Program-made: the position numbers and the translations under genes
Virus record (IMG/VR): IMGVR_UViG_3300032138_000942
Location: 32,001-96,000 of that record
DNA from: a virus
Taxonomy: Duplodnaviria; Caudoviricetes
Direction: 5' to 3' (one strand)
Length of the DNA stretch: 64,000 bases
The notes under the pieces: model-generated
Databases searched by the model: none
Told to the model about the DNA's origin: nothing
Seen by the model: only the letters and a program-made list of their open reading frames with translations
In this document: piece by piece, positions 39,325 to 48,147 of the stretch
How positions within the stretch are numbered: the first letter of the stretch is position 1
Layout of the letters: each line of letters starts with the position of its first letter

Positions 39325-42123
39325 ATGGCAACAACTTATACCGAGTACGCGAAGTTTAACTTTGTGGAGGGAGTCTCTGGTTCTGAAAATAAAGAACCGA
39401 GAATCTTTGCATCTGGTTCTTCGGCAAGTACTCCTAAACTTTACATTTCCCAGTCGACTGGTATCGTCGACTTGGCCGGTGGTAATACTCTTACTGTAGC
39501 CGGTGACTCAGGATCGGGTGATATCGATCTTGGTTCTGATACTTTTACAATTGCTGGTACTTCGAATGAGGTTGATACTTCGTTCGCTGGTACGACATTA
39601 ACAGTTGGTCTTCCGACCAACGTTACTGTGGCTGGCAACCTCACCCTTGGTGGAAACATCATCGGTGACGCAGACGAAAACAAAGCGATTTTCGTTGCCA
39701 CAACAACAGCAACCAACACCATTACACTTGGTGGTGGTGGACAGGTAGTCGCTGCTGGCGACCTCGACGTCGCTGACGACGTTACCTTGAGTTCCGACTC
39801 CGCTGTTCTTTCTTTAGGTGCTGGCGCTGATGCCACACTTACTCACGATGGCACAACTGGTCTTACCATTGCTGCTACTCCAATCTCTATTGATTCTACT
39901 GGTGGATTAGATCTTAACTCAACCACTGGAGACATTAACTTCCAAGACGGTGGCACCAACCAAATTTCGTTGGACATGGACGGCACGGCTGGCGAAGTTA
40001 TTATGCAACTCAAGGTGGATAGTGACGATTTCGTCTTTAAACAGTTCGATGGCACTGAAGTTTTCCGAGTAGAAGACAACGGTGATTTCGATATCGCTGG
40101 AGGTCTTGGATCTTCTGGTGTTACTGTATCCTCCGCTGGAGCACTCTCCGCGGACGGCAGAATCGTGACTGACGATACAACTGAGGCCACAAGCACTACT
40201 GACGGATCTTTACAGACCGATGGTGGTTTGAGCGTTGCTAAGAGCGCCGTTGTCGGTGACGACCTCGACTTGCTCTCTGACTCAGCTATCCTTAGTATGG
40301 GTGCTGGCAAAGATGCTACACTTACTCACGATGGAACAACTGGTTTGACTATCGCTGCAACACCTATTTCTATCAATTCCACAGGCGACCTTACCTTGGA
40401 TTCTAGCACCGACATCGTTCTTGATGCTGGTGGCGCTGACGTCATTCTTAAGGATGATGGAACAGCTTTTGGACAATTCACCAAAAGCACCAACACCTTT
40501 CAGATGTCCGCTTCCCTTGGAGATCTCACCTTAGTTGGTGGTGCAGCCGCCGACATCAACCTCGACGCTGCTGACAAGGTTATCCTTGACGCTGATGGTG
40601 GTGCCGTTCTTCTTAAAGATGGTGGCACACTCCAACTTAAGTTGAATATGGCTCACGCCTCTGGGCAGTCCATTTCGTCTTCCGTAAGTGGCGATGACAT
40701 TCTCTTTGAGTGTAATCCAGTGGGCGAAATTGCTCGCTTTGATGCTTCGGCAACATCCTTGCTTATGGCTGAGAGCAACAAAATTGAGTTCTATGATGCA
40801 ACTCAGTTTATCCATGGTTCTTCGGCAGCAGATCTTTCGATTGGTGCCACTACGGACGTAAACGTTGATTGTACTACTTTGGACGTCAATGCTGCCATGA
40901 ACGTATCTGGAGAGGCAGTTTTTCAAACTGGTATCGCTCCTGACGCCAACGATGGCGCTTACTTAGGTCAAGCAGGCACAGCCTTTTCCGACCTCTTCCT
41001 TGCTGAAGGTGGAGTAATCAACTGGGATAGTGGTGACGTCACCATGACTCAAACTGGCGACCTTCTTAGCGTTGCTGGTGGTAACCTTCGAACAATCCGC
41101 CTTGAGCTGGACAGTGCTGCTGATTACCTTGACGTCGACACCGACCTTAAGGTAGTTGCTGCTGCTGACATCGTGCTTTCGGCAGGCGGCGGGAACGTTC
41201 TTCCTGGCTCTGCTGACGGGGCCGCTCTTGGTAGTGCCGCAGCAGAGTGGTCTGACCTTTTCCTTGCTGATAGTTCCACTATCCAGTTTGGTAATGACCA
41301 AGACACCACCCTTACTCATACTGACGGCACAGGCCTCACTCTGAATAGCACCAACAAGCTTTGTTTCCAAGACACTGCTACTTTCGTTAACTCTAGTGCT
41401 GACGGACAACTTGACATCGACGCTGACGTCGAGGTTGAGATCTCCACACTCACTTTGGATATCGACGCCACTACTGCTGTTGCAATTACTTCGCCAAGCG
41501 TTGTGATTGATAGCGGCACAAGTGATAAACCACTCGTTGTAATTTCGAACACCAACGCCGATGCTAACCCAGGAACTTTGAAATTCCTCAAGGATAGCGC
41601 TTCACCAGCTGACGACGATGAGCTTGGTGAGATCGAGTTCTATGGTGACGACACTGGTGGTAGCTCCGACATGATGGCTAAAATTCTTGTAACTCAAACT
41701 GACGTTACAGCTACAGAAGAAGATGCCAAGATGGAATTCAAAGTTCGTGTTGCTGGTGCAATTAAAACTTTGACTTGGGGTAATGCTGCTGGTCTTGTGC
41801 TTCCAAACGATTCCACTAATGGTATTGTTACAGCACATTCCTACGTTACTTACTCTGACGAGACTCTCAAGACTAACATCAACTCGCTTGATAATGCTCT
41901 TGATACAGTCAAGTCCCTTCGTGGTGTAAGCTACGACTGGAAAAACGACGGAAAGTCCGATATCGGATTTATCGCTCAAGAAGTAAATCAGGTTATTCCT
42001 GAAGTTGTCCGAGCCAACAATGGCGAAGGCGACCACTTCGGTCTTGACTATGCCCGTCTTACCGCTGTTCTCGTAGAAGCTGTCAAGGAATTGGCTGCTA
42101 AGGTTGAGAACAACGACAAGTAA
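39325..42123 (+). CDS. Fibre/spike protein (932 aa) with C-terminal S74 chaperone
   Basis: G/D/T/A-rich beta-repeat body; YSDETLK…IGFIAQEV…PEVV…LDYARLTAVLVEAVKEL. Confidence 0.85.
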   Translation: MATTYTEYAKFNFVEGVSGSENKEPRIFASGSSASTPKLYISQSTGIVDLAGGNTLTVAGDSGSGDIDLGSDTFTIAGTSNEVDTSFAGTTLTVGLPTNVTVAGNLTLGGNIIGDADENKAIFVATTTATNTITLGGGGQVVAAGDLDVADDVTLSSDSAVLSLGAGADATLTHDGTTGLTIAATPISIDSTGGLDLNSTTGDINFQDGGTNQISLDMDGTAGEVIMQLKVDSDDFVFKQFDGTEVFRVEDNGDFDIAGGLGSSGVTVSSAGALSADGRIVTDDTTEATSTTDGSLQTDGGLSVAKSAVVGDDLDLLSDSAILSMGAGKDATLTHDGTTGLTIAATPISINSTGDLTLDSSTDIVLDAGGADVILKDDGTAFGQFTKSTNTFQMSASLGDLTLVGGAAADINLDAADKVILDADGGAVLLKDGGTLQLKLNMAHASGQSISSSVSGDDILFECNPVGEIARFDASATSLLMAESNKIEFYDATQFIHGSSAADLSIGATTDVNVDCTTLDVNAAMNVSGEAVFQTGIAPDANDGAYLGQAGTAFSDLFLAEGGVINWDSGDVTMTQTGDLLSVAGGNLRTIRLELDSAADYLDVDTDLKVVAAADIVLSAGGGNVLPGSADGAALGSAAAEWSDLFLADSSTIQFGNDQDTTLTHTDGTGLTLNSTNKLCFQDTATFVNSSADGQLDIDADVEVEISTLTLDIDATTAVAITSPSVVIDSGTSDKPLVVISNTNADANPGTLKFLKDSASPADDDELGEIEFYGDDTGGSSDMMAKILVTQTDVTATEEDAKMEFKVRVAGAIKTLTWGNAAGLVLPNDSTNGIVTAHSYVTYSDETLKTNINSLDNALDTVKSLRGVSYDWKNDGKSDIGFIAQEVNQVIPEVVRANNGEGDHFGLDYARLTAVLVEAVKELAAKVENNDK

Positions 42124-42140
42124 TTCATTTTTGATTTACA

Positions 42141-42210
42141 GTTGATTAGTTTCGACTAACCAATAATAGGTGCCCCGTTCAGGTTTCGACTTGGGCGGGG
42201 CATCTTGCTT
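42141..42210 (+). terminator. Two tandem UUCG hairpins; the second is a rho-independent terminator
   Basis: ttgattagt-TTCG-actaaccaa, then tgccccgttcaggt-TTCG-acttgggcggggca followed by tcttgcttt. Confidence 0.75.
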
Positions 42211-42227
42211 TAAACTTTATGAAAACC

Positions 42228-42236
42228 TGGTATAAT
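42228..42236 (+). promoter_or_regulatory. Putative sigma70-type extended -10 promoter (TGgTATAAT)
   Basis: Perfect TGnTATAAT 7 nt before ATG 42244, immediately after the terminator. Confidence 0.5.
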
Positions 42237-42243
42237 TACTAAT

Positions 42244-42681
42244 ATGAAAAGAGATCAAAAATTTGTTGTTGAAGTCGAAAGAGCCATGTCAAAAAAATAT
42301 GGAGAAGAGACCGTTCAGAATCCGAAGAGACATTGGGATGACGAAAAGGAAAAAGATTACCTCGAACAATTAAAGAAAGTTCAAGAAAAAGAAGACGCCT
42401 TAAAACATAAAAGGCAGAAGGTGAAACAGGGTGATGTCTTTATAGACAAAAGATTTTTAGATAAAAAAGATGATCGAAGCTGTCCGGTGTGCTCGACTTA
42501 TTCTTTTTCCCCTCAAGATGATTTATATATTAATAAGTTTTCTTGTTGTAAGCCCTGCTATATAGTATTTGTAGAAGACCGAGAAGAAAAGTGGAAGACG
42601 GGATGGAGACCAACTAAAGATGAAGTTAAAAGTAGAAGATTTACGAAAGATAATAATGGAAGAAGTGAAAAAAGCACTTGA
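42244..42681 (+). CDS. Hypothetical Zn-finger protein
   Basis: CPVC…CCKPC. Confidence 0.6.
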   Translation: MKRDQKFVVEVERAMSKKYGEETVQNPKRHWDDEKEKDYLEQLKKVQEKEDALKHKRQKVKQGDVFIDKRFLDKKDDRSCPVCSTYSFSPQDDLYINKFSCCKPCYIVFVEDREEKWKTGWRPTKDEVKSRRFTKDNNGRSEKST

Positions 42682-42859
42682 TGAAGTCTCACCCGAAGAC
42701 GAAACGATGATCTTTACCCAAATGATTCGAGACGTCGCCAAGGATCTCATCGTGACCCACAAAAGTTTAAACCCAACTCAGCAAGAGGCTTATGAGAACT
42801 TATTAGTCCAGGCTGGCAACGCTTTGGCAGAAAAACGAGAGCAGGAAGAAAAGTTCTAA
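42620..42859 (+). CDS. Small putative head-internal protein
   Basis: N-terminal MKLKVEDLRKIIMEE motif shared with ORF 51790; GGAG upstream; overlaps the previous gene by 62 nt. Confidence 0.55.
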   Translation: MKLKVEDLRKIIMEEVKKALDEVSPEDETMIFTQMIRDVAKDLIVTHKSLNPTQQEAYENLLVQAGNALAEKREQEEKF

Positions 42860-42877
42860 CAATTCATCAGGTTGGAG

Positions 42878-42885
42878 ACTATTTA
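42878..42885 (+). promoter_or_regulatory. Putative late promoter ACTATTTA
   Basis: Intergenic recurrent motif. Confidence 0.6.
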
Positions 42886-42916
42886 AACGGAGAGTTAACA
42901 CCGTTGGAGAATTTGA

Positions 42917-45406
42917 ATGAGCCCACTTAAAACTGACTTTGAAAATTGGAGGGGTTTTCTGAATGAAAGCCTGATAATTGAAAGCCGGTTCTCTGATGCC
43001 CTGGCATATGCCCAGAACTTTAATAAGGGAGCTAAACAGTTCAAAGTCAAAGATGTAATTGACCAGATGTCGGATGAACAAATTGCCATCCTCAAGAAGG
43101 GGGTGGAGAGAGCCATTGAGGCCGCCAAAGAAGATGATCCAAGTGGAGATAACAAGTATCTTATGTGGGTCGCTCGATTTATTAGAAAAGACCTGATGAG
43201 AAGACTACAGAAGTACGGCAAACAGTGGAACACAACCCCTGTTCTGTGGAATGATCCCGATGCCGTAAAGGATAGCATACACGACCCTGACTATGTAGTG
43301 ACGAATATTGCCTCGCTCATCGTCGACAATGTTGTTGGCCTTGGCACGCCAATCAAAAATTATCACTTGCTGAAACAAAAAGGGGTCGTTACAAAAGATA
43401 TATATGATTTTGATCCCACGAACGAGGTTGGCGATTTTAAGAACTATGTTGAAGGAGCGACTCAGATACTCCGAGACAAAGAAAAAAAGGCAGAACTAAA
43501 GAAACAAGCAGCGGGGGAAGCGGACGACGTTCTTGAAACCGAAGACTATGCCGTCATTCGCCCCAACACTGAGGGAGCCTCCTGTTATTATGGCTGGGGC
43601 ACCCGCTGGTGTATTTCAGCGAGAGAATCAAAGAATTATTTTAATCAGTATGCCGGCGAGGGAAAAGCGTTTTATTTCGTTATGTTCCGACATTTGTCCA
43701 AGACCAACAGCCCCAACAAAAAGATGGCTCTTGTGTATGGAAAGGACCAGACTCACGGCGACGACCCAGAACAGGTTTTTGATGCTCTAGATGACGAAGT
43801 TGGAGAACCAGGCCTGGTTGAAGGAATCACTGACAACCTGCTTTTCAAGATTATAGAGAGAGCCGACGCTCTCAAAACAGCAAGAGAGACCATCAAGAAC
43901 CTCGACCATGATCTAGATCGGCAAGACCGAACCAACGTAGTAAAAGATGAGGTGGCTAGGATTATAGAAGACCCCGCCGACTCAGGCAAATCGATTGAGG
44001 CGGTTTTGAGCATAGCACAGGTTCTTTTCCCAGATACATATGAGGATGAAACTGATTTTGAAATCCAGCCTTTCCAAGATAAATTTGATGAGTTGGTCCA
44101 GGAGCAATATAGTGATATTGTTGGCAACGCAGGTTATCACGCTGAAGAAAACCCCTCCGGCCCAAAGCACGATGACTACGAGAAGGTGTTTGATCAGTAC
44201 GCCCCGTTCAACAATATCTATGTGAACTATGATGAATACGATACAGGCTCGTGGTATTGGGATGCTAGTTTTAGCATTGCTTCAGACGATCCTCACTTTA
44301 AAGATTTACAGATTCCCGAAGATGTTGACATGGACGACTTTGCAAATGCTATTCACAAAGGCATAGACGGCGCCGGCATTTATCCGGACGAAGTTGAATC
44401 TGATGGCTATGAAAATGAAGCTCGTGTAAGGCTCACGCCCGATTATGATGAAACGAATGGCATCGATGGTTTCGAAAGATTCCTTAGTAGAATGAACGAT
44501 GCTGATGAGATATTGGGCGATGATAGTTTTTGGGACTCTCTTTCAGAGGCTTTAATGGATGCTGGCTTGACATCCGGAGGTTTGAAAGAATTAGAAGATA
44601 AACTTGACGAGATTGACTTTAAGAACATAGAGTACGGCATGGAAGGCACAGAGTTTAACATTGTATTAGAATTGGATCCTGTTCTTGGCAGACCAAAAGG
44701 GATTTCAGGAATGTATTTTGGTCGTCTGATAAACACATTTACCGGCGGGAGATTGTCCGGACCCAAATTGAGCGACCCAGAGATTTACGCCACCGGTCCT
44801 GGCATTGACCCCGCTGAGGCCACAAGAATCGCCAACGCTATTGGAGAGGGCACCCTTGCCAAGATTGAAAATGTAATTAGGGATAGATACAGCGACATAT
44901 GGAACCAGCTGGATCTCCCTGGTTTTGAACGAGATGAGGTTGAGGCAGAAGAAATTGACTCCTTTCCAATGATAGATATGGCCATGATCCCTCGCCCAGA
45001 CAAAATAGTCCAGTTTACTCCCGATACAGCGAAAGTGCCATTTGCTTCGAAGGAAAGGGATAAGGGCGGATCCGGAATCAATATTATATATCCTTATAAC
45101 CTTGTCCTTACATTAACTAACGAACAGTATTGGGCGTCAATCGGCGTCGACGAAGAAGAACAGCGGGCATTAATAGCTTTCCTTAAATGGATCGATCAGG
45201 ATGAAGTTAAGGATCAAATCGAGGCACTGCTCCAAGAAACGTTAAACAACGCTGTTCGTCAATCTATAAAGGATTATCCCCAGCGAACTGAAAAAGATTT
45301 GGAGGATAAGGGGCTTAGCAAACATTACGCCGACGTCGAAGATGAACCCCAGGTTGCAGAGCAACTTAATGAGCTTTACAAAAGATGGGGAAAGATGATA
45401 AAATAG
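42917..45406 (+). CDS. Hypothetical acidic protein (829 aa) with a PcfJ-like WC motif
   Basis: ASCYYGWGTRWCISARESKNYFNQY; ACTATTTA and GGAG upstream. Confidence 0.55.
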   Translation: MSPLKTDFENWRGFLNESLIIESRFSDALAYAQNFNKGAKQFKVKDVIDQMSDEQIAILKKGVERAIEAAKEDDPSGDNKYLMWVARFIRKDLMRRLQKYGKQWNTTPVLWNDPDAVKDSIHDPDYVVTNIASLIVDNVVGLGTPIKNYHLLKQKGVVTKDIYDFDPTNEVGDFKNYVEGATQILRDKEKKAELKKQAAGEADDVLETEDYAVIRPNTEGASCYYGWGTRWCISARESKNYFNQYAGEGKAFYFVMFRHLSKTNSPNKKMALVYGKDQTHGDDPEQVFDALDDEVGEPGLVEGITDNLLFKIIERADALKTARETIKNLDHDLDRQDRTNVVKDEVARIIEDPADSGKSIEAVLSIAQVLFPDTYEDETDFEIQPFQDKFDELVQEQYSDIVGNAGYHAEENPSGPKHDDYEKVFDQYAPFNNIYVNYDEYDTGSWYWDASFSIASDDPHFKDLQIPEDVDMDDFANAIHKGIDGAGIYPDEVESDGYENEARVRLTPDYDETNGIDGFERFLSRMNDADEILGDDSFWDSLSEALMDAGLTSGGLKELEDKLDEIDFKNIEYGMEGTEFNIVLELDPVLGRPKGISGMYFGRLINTFTGGRLSGPKLSDPEIYATGPGIDPAEATRIANAIGEGTLAKIENVIRDRYSDIWNQLDLPGFERDEVEAEEIDSFPMIDMAMIPRPDKIVQFTPDTAKVPFASKERDKGGSGINIIYPYNLVLTLTNEQYWASIGVDEEEQRALIAFLKWIDQDEVKDQIEALLQETLNNAVRQSIKDYPQRTEKDLEDKGLSKHYADVEDEPQVAEQLNELYKRWGKMIK

Positions 45407-45410
45407 TCCC

Positions 45411-45578
45411 ATGTGTATTATCTGTGTTGAAATAGAAAAAGACAAATTAAAGTTCCGAGAAGCAATTAAAAACCTTAGAGAAATGTATTCAACCATTGGT
45501 CGAGATCATATCGACGAGGTTACAAAAAAAGTTTTAGATTTAGAAATGAAAGAATTAAAAAAGAAGAGGAAAAAATGA
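45411..45578 (+). CDS. Small CxxC protein (55 aa; not in the ORF track)
   Basis: MCIICVEIEKDKLKFREAIKNLREMYSTIGRDHIDEV…KKKRKK*; fills the gap and overlaps the next ATG (ATGA). Confidence 0.65.
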   Translation: MCIICVEIEKDKLKFREAIKNLREMYSTIGRDHIDEVTKKVLDLEMKELKKKRKK

Positions 45579-45982
45579 AACAAGTTTTATTGGCGACATT
45601 ATTGTTGCTCACGACAATGGGGTGCTCGGCCACCACCTTAAACAAGAAAGAGGTAAGCCCCGTTGAACAGCCTCATGTTGTAATGTATTCTGCCTCTTGG
45701 TGTGGCTGGTGTAAAAAGGCAAAAGCTTTCTTGGAGGCAAATCACGTTTCATATGTTGAAAAGGATTTTGACAATCCAGACCATCGTAAGGAATTAATTC
45801 AGTTTGCCAAAAGAGTGGGATATACTGGTGAGCTAAACGCTATTCCTCTTTTTATTATTGAAAGCACAATTATTGTGGGCTTTAACAAAAACGCCATTAT
45901 GTGTGCTATTGGTCTACGAAGATGTATTGATGCCGATTTTATAGATACTCGGCATTATTCAATCACGGCTGACTACTTATAA
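45575..45982 (+). CDS. Glutaredoxin/NrdH-like redoxin with lipoprotein-like signal
   Basis: VVMYSASWCGWCKKAKAFL…AIPLFII…IVGFN; N-terminus MKQVLLATLLLLTTMGC. Confidence 0.8.
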   Translation: MKQVLLATLLLLTTMGCSATTLNKKEVSPVEQPHVVMYSASWCGWCKKAKAFLEANHVSYVEKDFDNPDHRKELIQFAKRVGYTGELNAIPLFIIESTIIVGFNKNAIMCAIGLRRCIDADFIDTRHYSITADYL

Positions 45983-46008
45983 AGTAACTTTATTTTAGGA
46001 GAATTCTC

Positions 46009-46527
46009 ATGGCAGATATCATGGATGTTTTAAGAGGCATCTCACAAGCAGCTTCACTAGCTTACGATGGCTCTCACGATGAGCGAACGCTTGTCGGAGG
46101 CGAGGCTAAAACAGCAGGTCTTAAAAGAGAACGAGGGGATCTAAATTTGGAAGCCCGAGTCTTGGATGGCTTTAAGGTTAGAGTCCGGGGAACTCATTTA
46201 TTGATTACTTATCACTCCGAATGCCAACTCAAAGATGTCCATAAGGCCAACAAGTTTGAATCCGATATTGAACAACATTTGGCTGATATTGTCAAATATC
46301 TCAAGAAAGAATATAAGAAAATTACAGGGGATGCTTTGACACTGACTATGGCTGATAAGCCCGATATCAAAGTAGAATATATGAACAATATCCGTTGTTG
46401 GGTAATTGCCACTTGTAATTATGAAATTGGAAATCTTAAGGGAGTGGCCGAAGTTGAAGCACCTTCCGAAGACCGGCTCAGCAAGGCGGTTAGAGACTGG
46501 TTATCGCTCGGAAAGAACAGCGCTTGA
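46009..46527 (+). CDS. Hypothetical protein upstream of terminase
   Basis: ORF with AGGAG SD and ACTACTTA motif. Confidence 0.6.
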   Translation: MADIMDVLRGISQAASLAYDGSHDERTLVGGEAKTAGLKRERGDLNLEARVLDGFKVRVRGTHLLITYHSECQLKDVHKANKFESDIEQHLADIVKYLKKEYKKITGDALTLTMADKPDIKVEYMNNIRCWVIATCNYEIGNLKGVAEVEAPSEDRLSKAVRDWLSLGKNSA

Positions 46528-46549
46528 CTTAAGAGAATAAGAAAAGTGT

Positions 46550-48139
46550 ATGTCCTTTCAGCTAACAAAGCAACAAATAACCAAAGAGATTATTAAATCT
46601 GGGAAAGACCCAGTTTACTTTATTAATAATTATGCCAAGATCTCCCACCCACTGCGTGGGCTAATCCCTTTTAAATTATATGACTATCAAGAAGAACTGA
46701 TTACGGATTTTAATGATTATCGGTTTAACGTGATATTAAAAGCTCGCCAATTAGGGATATCTACAGTTTCGGCTGCTTATATCGCTTGGCTTATGATGTT
46801 CCATCGAGACAAAAACATCCTTGTTATGGCAACAAAATATGGAACAGCGGCCAACCTGGTTAAAAAAGTGAAAGGAATTATAAGGAATTTACCTGAGTGG
46901 ATTAAAATAACCGATGTTGAAATCGATAATCGAAACAGCTTCGAACTCACAAACGGTTCTCAGATAAAAGCTTCCACCACTTCCGGTGACGCTGGTCGCT
47001 CCGAAGCATTATCACTTTTAGTGATTGACGAGGCTGCCCATGTTGATGGTCTCGAAGACCTGTGGACAGGCCTTTATCCCACTCTGTCAACGGGTGGTCG
47101 TTGTATTGCCCTGTCGACCCCCAATGGCGTGGGGAACTGGTTCCACAAAACTTTTGTTGAAGCAGACCAGGGAATTAATGACTTTAAACCCACCACCTTG
47201 ATGTGGGAGGCTCACCCCGACAGGGATCAGGAGTGGTTTGAAAAGGAAACTAGAAATATGTCTCGCCGCCAGATTGCTCAAGAACTTCAATGTAACTTTA
47301 ATACTTCAGGTGAAACAGTAATCCACCCCGATGACATCGGTCGGATTAACCAACAAGTAAGAGAACCAGAACATAGAGTTGGGTTCGATAGAAATTTTTG
47401 GATTTGGGAAAACTATGATCCAGCTGCCACCTATCTGCTTTCCGCCGACGTCGCCCGAGGAGACGGAAAAGACTATTCAGTTTTCCATATCTTCAAATTA
47501 GAAACAATGGAAGTGGTTGGAGAATATCAGGGAAAAGTCACTCCTGATATATTTTCTAATGTCGTGGCTGACGCAGGGCGAGAATATGGGAACTGTATGA
47601 TAGTTGTGGAAAATAATACTGTCGGCTTTTCTGTTTTAGAAAAGTTGAAAGAGAAAGAATACCCCAATGTTTATCATTCAATTAAATCAACCCATGAATT
47701 TATTGAACAAAACCAGGCAGAGTATCACAACTCTTCAGTTCCGGGGTTTACCACCTCTTTAAAGACTCGACCAATGATTATCGCCAAGATGGAAGAATTC
47801 GTAAGAAACAAGATCGTAACTATTTATTCTTCGAGATTGTTTAATGAATTCAAGACCTTTGTATGGGTTAACGGGAGACCACAAGCGATGAGAAGTTATC
47901 ACGATGATTTAATTATGTCCTTTGCTATTGGCTGCTGGGTTCGTGACACAGTTTTCGTCGAGAGCGAAAAAGATTTAAATTTTCAGAAAGCTATGATAAA
48001 CTCTATGTTTAAGAGTGATACTTGTATATCGACAGCCATCCCAGGAATGAGAGGGTATAAAGCGTTACATCAAGATCCTCATAAAATTAAACAACACATA
48101 GATGAATTAAAAGAATTCATTTGGTTATTAAAGGGATAA
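46550..48139 (+). CDS. Terminase large subunit (T4 gp17-like)
   Basis: LYDYQ, KARQLGIST Walker A, LLVIDEAAH Walker B, STPNG, ADVARGDGKDYS nuclease motif, HDDL. Confidence 0.95.
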   Translation: MSFQLTKQQITKEIIKSGKDPVYFINNYAKISHPLRGLIPFKLYDYQEELITDFNDYRFNVILKARQLGISTVSAAYIAWLMMFHRDKNILVMATKYGTAANLVKKVKGIIRNLPEWIKITDVEIDNRNSFELTNGSQIKASTTSGDAGRSEALSLLVIDEAAHVDGLEDLWTGLYPTLSTGGRCIALSTPNGVGNWFHKTFVEADQGINDFKPTTLMWEAHPDRDQEWFEKETRNMSRRQIAQELQCNFNTSGETVIHPDDIGRINQQVREPEHRVGFDRNFWIWENYDPAATYLLSADVARGDGKDYSVFHIFKLETMEVVGEYQGKVTPDIFSNVVADAGREYGNCMIVVENNTVGFSVLEKLKEKEYPNVYHSIKSTHEFIEQNQAEYHNSSVPGFTTSLKTRPMIIAKMEEFVRNKIVTIYSSRLFNEFKTFVWVNGRPQAMRSYHDDLIMSFAIGCWVRDTVFVESEKDLNFQKAMINSMFKSDTCISTAIPGMRGYKALHQDPHKIKQHIDELKEFIWLLKG

Positions 48140-48147
48140 TTATATAA

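Noticed and set aside
39441-42036. Several long antisense ORFs opposite the fibre gene (similar ones opposite the MCP)
   Set aside because: Explained by strong codon bias of the + strand gene; no SD, promoter or protein-like features
38370-42123. Possible diversity-generating retroelement target/template pair between the two fibre genes
   Set aside because: Similarity is at protein level only, with no near-identical repeat differing at adenines, and no reverse transcriptase in the window
42620-42681. 62-nt overlap between two + strand ORFs as a programmed frameshift
   Set aside because: No clear slippery site or stimulatory structure; the downstream ORF has its own GGAG SD, so a simple overlap is sufficient
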